From a bacterium (GTDB lineage Bacteria; Pseudomonadota; Alphaproteobacteria; Rickettsiales; RI-342), in NCBI GenBank assembly GCA_016124905.1, contig WGMV01000026.1, positions 5,681-69,680 of the forward strand: a stretch of DNA of 64,000 nt, read 5' to 3'. Numbering within the stretch: position 1 is the stretch's first letter; each line of letters begins with the position of its first letter. The position numbers and the translations under genes were made by a program. The notes under the pieces were generated by a model. It searched no databases. It was not told where the DNA came from and saw nothing but the letters and a program-made list of their open reading frames with translations. Positions 10,640 to 19,600 of this stretch are shown piece after piece.

Positions 10640-12406
10640 TTAGGCTTTTTTGGTTTTCTTGGCTTTGCCCTGCTCTTCCGACGCTTTGTTCAGCGCAGCG
10701 CCCAGGATGTCGCCCAGGGATGCACCGCTATCGGTGGAGCCGTACTCGGCCACGGCGCGCTTCTCTTCATCCACCTCAAGGGCTTTGATGGAGAGGGTGA
10801 GCTTGCCGGATTTCTTGTCGACGGACACGACGTTGGCATCCACGCGGTCACCAGCGGCAAAACGCTCGGGGCGCTGTTCGCTGCGGTCGCGGGAGAGGTC
10901 GGAACGTTTGATGAAGCCTTTGGAGCCGTTGGCGTCCACTTCGATCCCGTCGTCGGACACAGCCGTCACCGTGCAGGTAACGGTCGAGCCTTTCTTCAGG
11001 TCGCCGGAGGCGCTGCTGCCGCTGCCGGAAGAGGCCGTGTTGCCTTTGCCTTCCACCAGTTGCTTGATGCCGAGGCCGACGCGCTCTTTTTCCACGTCGA
11101 TCTCAAGCACCTTGGCTTTCACCATGTCGCCACGCTTGTAGGCTTTGATGGCTTCTTCACCGGCTTGATCCCAGCTGAGATCGGATGCATGCACCAGACC
11201 TTCGATGCCGCCATCGAGCGCCACGAACACGCCGAAATCGGCGATGTTGCGAACTTCGCCTTCCACCAGGTCACCTTCCTTGTGGTTTTTGGCGAATGCC
11301 TCCCACGGGTTGGCTTCACACTGTTTCATGCCAAGCGAAATGCGGTGTTTGGCAGGCTCAACGGCCAGCACCACCACATCCACTTCCTGGCTGGTGGAAA
11401 CGATTTTGCCCGGATGGATGTTTTTCTTCGTCCAGCTCATTTCGGAGACGTGAACAAGGCCTTCGATGCCATCGCCGAGATCAACAAACGCGCCGTAATC
11501 CGTGATGTTGGTCACGGTACCGCGCATTTTCAGGCCGGTCGGGAAGCGGGCTTCGATGTTATCCCACGGGTTGCTCTCAAGCTGTTTCATGCCAAGAGAG
11601 ATACGCTGGTTTTCCTGGTTGTACTTGGTCACCATCACCTTCACGGTCTGACCGAGGGTCAGCATCTCGCTCGGGTGGTTGATGCGCTTCCAGGAAATAT
11701 CGGTCACGTGGAGCAGACCGTCGACACCGCCGAGGTCAATGAACGCACCGTAATCGGTGATGTTCTTCACGATACCTTCCATCACCTGGCCTTCCAGGAT
11801 GTTCTGGAGGATTTCCTTGCGGGCTTCCTGGCGGGATTCTTCGAGAATCGCGCGGCGGGACACCACGATGTTGCCACGGCGACGGTCCATTTTCAGGATC
11901 ACGAACGGCTGGGCGATGCCCATCAAGGGCTCGATATCGCGCACGGGGCGGATATCCACCTGGCTGCCGGGAAGGAACGCAACCGCACCGCCCAGATCCA
12001 CCGTGAAGCCGCCTTTGACGCGACCGAAGATGGTACCCTGAACACGCTGGCCGGATTCGCTGGCTTTTTCCAGCTTTTCCCAGGCTTTTTCGCGGAGGGC
12101 TTTTTCGAAGCTGAGGACGGTTTCACCGTGGGAGTTTTCAAAACGCTCCACGTAAATCTCAACTTCGTCGCCCGGCTGAAGCTCGCCTTTGGCCTGCAGC
12201 AGCGCGAATTCGCGCAGCGGTACGCGGCCTTCGGACTTAAGGCCCGGGACTTCCACGATCACATTATCTTTTTCAATGCGAAGCACGGTGCCCATGGCGA
12301 CATTGCCTTCACGGGTTTCACTGTACTTGATGAATTCCTTAAACAGATCACCGAAATTTTCGTCGGTTTGATCACTCCATGCGGAGGCTGCGGTAGCAGA
12401 GGACAT
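10640..12406 (-). CDS. rpsA: 30S ribosomal protein S1
   Basis: Six S1-domain repeats (G.V..I.DYGAFVDLG-type motifs recur through the sequence). Lys-rich C-terminus. AGGA SD. Confidence 0.95.
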   Translation of the reverse strand: MSSATAASAWSDQTDENFGDLFKEFIKYSETREGNVAMGTVLRIEKDNVIVEVPGLKSEGRVPLREFALLQAKGELQPGDEVEIYVERFENSHGETVLSFEKALREKAWEKLEKASESGQRVQGTIFGRVKGGFTVDLGGAVAFLPGSQVDIRPVRDIEPLMGIAQPFVILKMDRRRGNIVVSRRAILEESRQEARKEILQNILEGQVMEGIVKNITDYGAFIDLGGVDGLLHVTDISWKRINHPSEMLTLGQTVKVMVTKYNQENQRISLGMKQLESNPWDNIEARFPTGLKMRGTVTNITDYGAFVDLGDGIEGLVHVSEMSWTKKNIHPGKIVSTSQEVDVVVLAVEPAKHRISLGMKQCEANPWEAFAKNHKEGDLVEGEVRNIADFGVFVALDGGIEGLVHASDLSWDQAGEEAIKAYKRGDMVKAKVLEIDVEKERVGLGIKQLVEGKGNTASSGSGSSASGDLKKGSTVTCTVTAVSDDGIEVDANGSKGFIKRSDLSRDRSEQRPERFAAGDRVDANVVSVDKKSGKLTLSIKALEVDEEKRAVAEYGSTDSGASLGDILGAALNKASEEQGKAKKTKKA

Positions 12407-12530
12407 AGATTATCCTGACTTTTGGTTAGGGTTAATACAGACGCCAGACGGAAAGCCGCCCGGCGCAGGAAGGGCGGAACATAGGGATTTTCAAGCAAAA
12501 AGCAAGCGTATAAACCACGTATTACAACGC

Positions 12531-14618
12531 CTAGGACGCTTTTGCCTGTGGGCGGCGCAGGTGGGACTCGATGATCTCCACGGCCTTGTTGAAGACTTCT
12601 GTCGGCTCCATGTCGGACGTGTCGATGATGATGGCGTCTTTCGCGGGTTTCAGCGGGGCGACCGCGCGTTTCTGGTCGCGCTCGTCACGGGCGCGGAGCT
12701 CGGCCAGCACGGTGTCGTAATCCACTTGGGCCTCAAAGCCTTCCACTTCCTGAAAACGGCGGCGGGCGCGGGCTTCCACGCTGGCAGTGATGTAGAATTT
12801 CACCTCGGCGTCCGGGCAGACGACAGTGCCGATGTCGCGCCCGTCCAGGATAGCCCCGCCCAGGCGGCGGGCATATTGCTGCTGGTATTCCAGCAGGGCC
12901 TGGCGCACCAGCGGGCTGGCGGAGACGATGGAGGCGGCGTTGCCGACATTCTCCTGCCGCAGGCGCGGGTTGAGCAGGTCCTCATCGCGCAGGTCACGCG
13001 CGGCTTTCAGGGCCTCCTCCTCGTCCGAGGGGTCGAGGTTGAGGTTAAGCAGTTTCAGCCCCACGGCGCGATAGAGGCGGCCGGTATCGAGATAGGACAG
13101 GCCGAAATAGCTGGCAAGGCGCCGTGCCAGGGTGCCCTTGCCGGATGCGGCAGGGCCGTCGATGGCGATGCAGAGGCTCTGGATGGGGCCTCGGGTTTTG
13201 GTTTCCACACCGGCGGGTGGGGCTGCCAGCACCGGGGCTTCCTCCTCCATCTCCATATCGGCGCCGAGCGCCTGCATGAGGGAGATGAAGTTGGGGAAGC
13301 TGGTGGCAATCGGGCTGCCATCGTCGATGATGACCGGGCGGCGGGCGACTAGACCGAGCACGAGGAAGGCCATGGCGATGCGGTGGTCCAGCTGCGCCTG
13401 GATGGTAGCGCCGCCCTGGATTTCGGCATTGCCGGTGACTTTCAGCCAGGGTTCGCCCTGCTCGTCCTTGCCGGTTTCGGCATGGACGCCGCAGGCGAGC
13501 AGGCCTTCCATGACGGCTTCGAGGCGGTTGCTTTCCTTTACGGTTAGTTCGGAAAGGCCGTAAAAGATACTGGTGCCTTCCGCGCAGGCGGCGGCGACGG
13601 CCAGGATGGGATATTCGTCGATCATGCTCGGCGCACGGCTGGCGGGCACGATGACGGCCCTCAGGCGGCTGCTGCGGATGCGCAGATCGGCCACCGGCTC
13701 GCCCGACATCTCGCGCGGGTTGCGCCATTCGATGTCCGCGCCCATTTCCTTCAGCGTTTCGAACAAGCCGATGCGGTGGGGGTTCATGCCCACGCTCGGC
13801 AGGGTGATGTCGCTATGTTGCGTGATGAGCGCGGCTACGGCAGGAAATGCGGCCGAGGAAGGATCCGCCGGGACGTGGAGCGGCTCGGCGGGGGCAATGA
13901 GGTCCTGCTGGCCTTCCAGCCTGATGGAGATGGCGCCGTCCTTGTCGGTTTCCTGCATCAATCTTGCGCCGAAATGGCGGAGCATGCGCTCCGTATGGTC
14001 GCGCGTGGGGGCGGGCTCGATGACGGTGGTGACGCCGGGGGTATTTAACGCGGCCAGCAGCACGCCGGATTTCACCTGGGCGGAAGCCACCGGCAGGCGG
14101 TACTGGATGGGCAGCGGCATATCCGTGCCCTGCAGCAAAAGAGGCAGCAGGCCCGACTTGCCGCCACGGCTGCGGGAAAGGATGCGCGCGCCCATCTGCT
14201 CCAGCGGGGTGATGATGCGGCCCATCGGGCGGCGGCGCAGGCTGGCATCGCCGGTGAAGAAGCTGTTGAAACCATAGGGCGTGACCAGGCCCATCAGCAG
14301 ACGGGTGCTGGTGCCGGAATTGCCCATGTCGAGGATGTTTTCGGGCTCGTGCAGGCCGCCTACCCCAAGGCCCTTGACGTGCCAGTAGCCTTTGCCGACA
14401 CGCTGAATGCCCACGCCCATCAGGCGAAGCGCATCGGCGGTGCGGTGGACATCCTCGCCTTCCAGCAGCCCGTAGATCTCCGTGGTGCCGATGGCCTGGG
14501 AGGCCAGCATCAGGGAGCGGTGGGAGATGGATTTATCGCCCGGGACATAGGCCGTGCCGTTGAGGCTGGGGCTTGCGTGGGACGTGGCGGGCTTGCGGAT
14601 GTGATCGTGTGATTCCAT
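12531..14618 (-). CDS. aroA: fused 3-phosphoshikimate 1-carboxyvinyltransferase (EPSP synthase) / cytidylate kinase
   Basis: Residues 1 to about 445 are AroA-like (LNGTAYVPGDKSISHRSLMLA...DHRIAMAFLVLGL...). An acidic/Pro linker follows, then Cmk (IAIDGPAASGKGTLARRLA...LDGRDIGTVV). One uninterrupted 695-codon frame. Confidence 0.85.
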   Translation of the reverse strand: MESHDHIRKPATSHASPSLNGTAYVPGDKSISHRSLMLASQAIGTTEIYGLLEGEDVHRTADALRLMGVGIQRVGKGYWHVKGLGVGGLHEPENILDMGNSGTSTRLLMGLVTPYGFNSFFTGDASLRRRPMGRIITPLEQMGARILSRSRGGKSGLLPLLLQGTDMPLPIQYRLPVASAQVKSGVLLAALNTPGVTTVIEPAPTRDHTERMLRHFGARLMQETDKDGAISIRLEGQQDLIAPAEPLHVPADPSSAAFPAVAALITQHSDITLPSVGMNPHRIGLFETLKEMGADIEWRNPREMSGEPVADLRIRSSRLRAVIVPASRAPSMIDEYPILAVAAACAEGTSIFYGLSELTVKESNRLEAVMEGLLACGVHAETGKDEQGEPWLKVTGNAEIQGGATIQAQLDHRIAMAFLVLGLVARRPVIIDDGSPIATSFPNFISLMQALGADMEMEEEAPVLAAPPAGVETKTRGPIQSLCIAIDGPAASGKGTLARRLASYFGLSYLDTGRLYRAVGLKLLNLNLDPSDEEEALKAARDLRDEDLLNPRLRQENVGNAASIVSASPLVRQALLEYQQQYARRLGGAILDGRDIGTVVCPDAEVKFYITASVEARARRRFQEVEGFEAQVDYDTVLAELRARDERDQKRAVAPLKPAKDAIIIDTSDMEPTEVFNKAVEIIESHLRRPQAKAS

Positions 14619-14674
14619 GCCCCTTAATCAGCATTCGCTATCGGCTAGCGCAAGTGTTTTCTGCTTGAGGGCTT

Positions 14675-14716
14675 CGTCATTGTAGGCGAGGCAATCCGTA
14701 ACGACGGGGAATGACG
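14675..14716. repeat. MITE/REP-like palindromic element (short member) with CGTCATT...AATGACG termini
   Basis: CGTCATTGTAGGCGAGGCAATCCGTAACGACGGGGAATGACG. Related to the elements at 30982-31068 and 41041-41121. Confidence 0.6.
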
Positions 14717-14739
14717 CCAAGAATATAGAGAATATGAAA

Positions 14740-15192
14740 TCAGAGCGGGATGTTCGCCCGGTGCCTGGCGGGGCCGATGGTGATTGGGCTTCTGGCCGAG
14801 GTTTCATCCCCCGGGGAGGAAACGGCCACCTTGGTTTTTCGGCTGGCCTGGCGCGTTAGCTCCCTGCCCTTCACGTAGCCCACCGTCATGCAGGTGAGGC
14901 CCACAAAGCCGAGACCGGCGGCAAGCTCGGCCTGGCCGTTGAGCCCGAGCACGATGCTGCCGATTACCACCGTCATGGCGACGATGAAGGAAAGAATCTG
15001 CCCGAAATACATGCCCGATTGCTGAATCTGCGCCAGTTTTTCTTCCATCTGGTGACGGTGCTGCTGCTCTTTTTCAAGCAGTGCCAGAATGGTTTCCGCC
15101 GAGCCGGCGATAACATTGTTATAGGCCTGTAGCGTTTCCGGCGCGGGCAGAAACTCCATGGCGCGTTCAACGGGGCGGGTGCGTATGCTCAT
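14740..15192 (-). CDS. small membrane protein, DUF2335-like (two C-terminal TM helices)
   Basis: LPAPETLQAYNNVIAGSAETILALLEKEQQHRHQMEEK followed by two hydrophobic helices, a pattern I associate with DUF2335. The ATG overlaps the upstream stop (ATGA). Confidence 0.65.
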   Translation of the reverse strand: MSIRTRPVERAMEFLPAPETLQAYNNVIAGSAETILALLEKEQQHRHQMEEKLAQIQQSGMYFGQILSFIVAMTVVIGSIVLGLNGQAELAAGLGFVGLTCMTVGYVKGRELTRQASRKTKVAVSSPGDETSARSPITIGPARHRANIPL

Positions 15193-15407
15193 GGGTGCTT
15201 ATCCTGCGGTATCTCGGCGTGTTCGGTGATCCATTGCTTAAAGACGCGGTGCGCATCCTGCGAAATATTGAGATGGTCCAGCATCAGGCAGGCATCCGTA
15301 CTGCGGCGGGGAGAAATCCACTGCCGCGCATGCGCGCCATACACATAATAAGGCGCATAGAGCGCGGAGCCCATGAAGCGAAAAAACTGCTTCAGACCAT
15401 CCACCAT
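15189..15407 (-). CDS. 72-aa hypothetical protein
   Basis: The ATG at 15407 is preceded by AGGAAG, which overlaps the TAG of the upstream gene. The stop overlaps the next start (ATGA). The longer ORF-track start at 15494 would overlap the upstream gene by 79 nt. Confidence 0.5.
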   Translation of the reverse strand: MVDGLKQFFRFMGSALYAPYYVYGAHARQWISPRRSTDACLMLDHLNISQDAHRVFKQWITEHAEIPQDKHP

Positions 15408-15415
15408 CGCGCTTC

Positions 15416-16582
15416 CTAATTCTGTTTGCTGACAAAATAGTTCATGAGAATCTTCGCCGCCGCATATCCTACCCTGTTGGTGTAAGGGATGCATTCCATA
15501 TCCGCAATATCAAGCATCTGGGATGCGGTGGTGAAAAATTCGTAGCTGTTGGGCTGCAGCTTCATGTCCACAATCTCATCCACGCAGCATTTGAGGTGCC
15601 AGAAGAGGCGGTGCATGCCGTAAGGCAGGCGTGACATATCATAAAACTGGCGGAAGCTGTGGTAATTGCCGGTGTAGAGATCGGCCACCTTCTTCATGTC
15701 CATTTTGCTGCGCACCGCCATGCAGGACATGAAAAGCCGGTGATTGCCGAGCATCAGGATGGCTGCAAGAAAAATCGGCGACAAGGCGCCCTCGCGGTTG
15801 AAATAATCCGCTAGCTCGGAGCATTTTACATCATTGGGCACATTTCCAAGCGCCATCACGCGATCCAGATCCTCCAGAATGCCCGGGTCTACCTCGTCAT
15901 GCTCAAACATCTGGCGTTCGCGTTTGGCGACGATACGCTCCTTGGACATACTGGTGGAGCGCTCCACCATGTGCTTCACCGCCTTGGCGGGAATGGGATG
16001 ACGCTTCATGAAGGCCTGCATGATGTCGTCGGAATCGTAAAACTCATCGGCAATGTGATGGTAGTGTTTATCGTCAATCTCCGCGCCGGTATTTTCCAGC
16101 AGGGCGTGGCAGACCTCGTGAATCTTGCGTTCCACCAATGCCCCCACCACCTGCACCGAAACCTGGTTGCGGCGGGCAATGGCCAGCAGGCGGACGACCT
16201 GCTGCGTGGCCTGAATGATGGCCATCAGCTCCTCATCCTGTATGCGATGGGAATGCTGGAGTATGCGCGCGGCGACCTCGGGGTCGGCATCGTGGGCGAG
16301 TTCCAGCAGCATGTCCATCGGCGTGTGGTTGGATGTTTTGATGCCGTCGGCCATGGCCATGCGCACATCGCGCTGTTTATCGCGCGCAAGAAGGTAGGCA
16401 ATGTCCAGCGTCAGCTGATATTCGCGCTCACTCTGCGTGGCCTCCTCCATGCGCTGGCCAATTTTCATGGCAAGGGCGGCGCGTGTATTGGAAGAAGGAT
16501 CCTGCGCCAGACTCAGCAGATCATTGACGTTCAACGGTTGATTGGACGGCTTCGGCATAGTCATTGGCGCGCCATGTTGCAT
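15416..16582 (-). CDS. DUF2336-like helical-repeat protein (paralogue of 34138-35286)
   Basis: Shares a colinear pattern with the 382-aa protein at 34138: DVR...LA.D.D..VA..IL..S..L.D.(D/E)L..II......V....A.R..(L/V)...V..AL.......V...LL.N.GA. Confidence 0.7.
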   Translation of the reverse strand: MQHGAPMTMPKPSNQPLNVNDLLSLAQDPSSNTRAALAMKIGQRMEEATQSEREYQLTLDIAYLLARDKQRDVRMAMADGIKTSNHTPMDMLLELAHDADPEVAARILQHSHRIQDEELMAIIQATQQVVRLLAIARRNQVSVQVVGALVERKIHEVCHALLENTGAEIDDKHYHHIADEFYDSDDIMQAFMKRHPIPAKAVKHMVERSTSMSKERIVAKRERQMFEHDEVDPGILEDLDRVMALGNVPNDVKCSELADYFNREGALSPIFLAAILMLGNHRLFMSCMAVRSKMDMKKVADLYTGNYHSFRQFYDMSRLPYGMHRLFWHLKCCVDEIVDMKLQPNSYEFFTTASQMLDIADMECIPYTNRVGYAAAKILMNYFVSKQN

Positions 16583-16684
16583 GTCGTTGATTTACTTTAT
16601 GCATTGGAAGTTAACGCATTGTAAACCAAGCGCAACCAAATGCGGCATTTTTGCGCATTCAAGCAAATTCGGGTTGATTAAGCG

Positions 16685-19600
16685 CTATTGCACCGCCATT
16701 TCGGTAGTGCGAACGATGGCTGCACCCGTTGCGGGCGGGGACAGATTACCAAGCGCGGTAACATCCACGTCGTCAAAGGCCCACATGTCCACACCGGTTT
16801 CCTGCACCATCTCATGCCAGTCGTGGGCAATGTCCGATGCGGTGCGGGTATCGATTTGTGGGATAGTGACAATGTTCTGGTGATCCTGTGCTGTATTCCA
16901 CGCCGTTGTGTCCACCGCACCCTGGTTGACGCCCTGCTCATTGTCACCGCGAACGGCGAACCAATTCTGAGCGGCAATGGGATCAAAGCCGAAGGGCAGA
17001 ACAGGCTGTCGATCTATTTGCTGCTGCTGGCTCGCGCGAGACAGGGATGTCATGAACCCTATGCCGCGATCGGCCGTCAAATCACCCTGAACCTCAATGG
17101 AGCCAAGGTTAAAAGTGACGCCTTCGGCAATCGTAATTATTCCATTATTAAATCCGTAATCCAGGCCGTTCATGAAAATGGGCTTGCCGTCAGGGCCGAA
17201 TAATTCAGGATTATCCTGGGAATTGAACGGGAATGGCCCACGGGATTCAGCGGGTTGGTTCAGCCAGTTCAGGAATTCACCGTAATAATTGGTGCCGTTA
17301 ACCTCATCGATCACCATCAGGTTTTCGGAAATCTGCGCCGTGATGGCAAGAGCCTGTGCATTGGCCTGAATGGCCTCGTCCGAAGTCAATTCATGGTCGG
17401 AATCGATGGCAAAGCTGAATGGCACAGCATCGATTTCACTGGTGAGCGGCGTAAAGCTATAGGGGGTCGTGGTTGGCTCCGGCACGGTGACGTTGGCCAC
17501 GCCATCGGCACCGGCAACGGCTTCCACACTGGCGTTGAGAGTTGAGGTGTCCATGTTCGCGCCTTGCGCCATGTCAGCCACAATGCTGTTTTTCAACTCG
17601 CCTTCCGGCAGCAGGCCCATCAGCTGATCATATTCTTCCTGCGTCAGCCCATCGGCGGCGGCGGCCTGGTAAATGTCCATCCAGCTCACCGGGCCATTGG
17701 CGGCTGCGGCGGCATAGGCCTGACCCAGAGCAGTATCCGCAGGGATCCTGTCGGCGGGTATCTCGGCGTTCAGCTGATCAACAGCATTGTTGTAGAGTTC
17801 GGTATTGCCGGTGCTGCTGGCATCACTGTCGAGCAATTCGCCCAGCCCCATGGTGATGGCCGCGCCAAGCTGGCCTTCCTTGGTGGCGAGAATCTGATCG
17901 GGATGCGTGCCAACCAGCGTGGCAAGGGATTGCCAATCGCCATCCCCACCCAGCGCGCCCGCAAGGGACTGAGCAAAGGCGTTGGATGTCGTGCGCGCGG
18001 CATTTACCTCCGGGCTGTTTTCGGGGGCCGGGGTTGCATACCCATCGCCCCAGTTCGGCGAGGTGTCGTTGATGTTTCCAGCGCGATCCGCCACATAGGT
18101 ATCGCTCCTCAAATCGAGCGCGATATCCACCGCCTCTTTCGATCCTTCCGGCACCATGCCGCCGAAGAAGCTCATCAGCATGCGGCCAAAGCCCTGGATC
18201 AATTGGTCCAGCTGCTCGTTGCCGGTGTGGATGTCATTGAACATGTCCAGAATGCCCATGGCCGCACCACCCATGCCGCCTGCCATGTTATTGGCAACGG
18301 CGTCGATGGCGGTGGAAGCGTCGGCGCGTCGGCGTTCCGCCACGTTCTGCGCGGTGCTGTTCAGCCATTGTGTGTAAGCCGCAGAGCCAGGCTGGGGCAT
18401 GATGCCGGTGCTGTCACCCAGCGTGCCGTAGCGATTAGCCACCTGGCTGTTCACCATGCTCTGGAAGCTGGCAAAATCCGTCGGCGGGCTAATGGGATTG
18501 CCCTGCGCGTCCGCGGTGGGGTAACCATGCGCCTGCATCCAGGCGGCGTCGATGGCGATAGGAGGTGTATTCGGGTCGCCGTCATTATCGAATTGCAGCA
18601 CACCGCCCGCGGCGATGGAGATGCGCGAAGGACCGGCATCGCTATTCAGGACAGTAAAAGTGTCGAGCTCTTCTGTCACCTGGGCATTGATGAGGTTCTG
18701 CAGGTCTTGAATCTTACCCGGGTCAACCGTAAGCGGTACGGGAGGAGGATTGGCAACAATTCCATTGCTCGCCAACTCTTGCGGCGTCACCCCATAACGG
18801 GCACAGAGCCGCCCAAGCATGGACTGGGCGAAGCTGACATTCTGGCTTGTGCTGGCAGGCTCCGTGGTGGCATCGGTCGTGCCGCCTACCATCAGCACCT
18901 GATAGTTGTGGTCTGTCGGCGGGTGAGCCGTATCGATACCAAAGCTTGCCAGATTGATGCCAAGCTCGCTGGCATACATGGTGAACTGTGTGTTGGCGGC
19001 ATCGTAACCGGCGCCGAAATTCACGGCAGCCATGCCGGATAACTGGTCCGGAGCAGCCATGTTGCCGCCGAAGGCCTGCTCAACCATATGCCGTTTCCAG
19101 TCGGCCAGTTCAGCATCGGTCCTTGGATAGGGATCCGGCGTGCCATCATGATTAAAATCAAAATTATACAGACGGGCGATTTCTTCCCAGGCTGCCGTGT
19201 CCGTCAGCGGAGGAGGATTCTGCACCAGGTTCGCCACGCGCAGCGGGTAATCCACGTAATCCTGCACCACTTCGGCCATCACATCCGGCGTGGCGGCGGG
19301 CGGCCCCATCAAGCGATTGACTGCAAGCTCGCGAAACGCCGGGGGCATGCTTCCGAAATCGGCAATCAGGTTTTGCAAGGGACCAGCAATGGAGGTGCTG
19401 GTAGTGCTATCCATGCCAGTGGTCGTCAACAAGGACGTGGTAATGTTGCCCACAACGCCCACGCGGCGGGCCCGCTCTTGTGGGTTATCGGCTTCATTCA
19501 CCCAGTTCGACAATTCCAACAGCGCTTCATCATAATGATCCGGCCCTTGGGCGAGATCATTGAAGATGGCGTTCATTCTATCTGTCGGTGTTATTTGGGA

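Noticed and set aside
10328-12418. 696-aa plus-strand ORF
   Set aside because: Antisense shadow of rpsA/sppA with no motifs. S1 on the other strand is unambiguous.
17564-19042. 492-aa plus-strand ORF inside the giant gene
   Set aside because: Arg/Gly/His-rich shadow frame. The minus-strand 1458-codon frame is uninterrupted and has protein-like composition.
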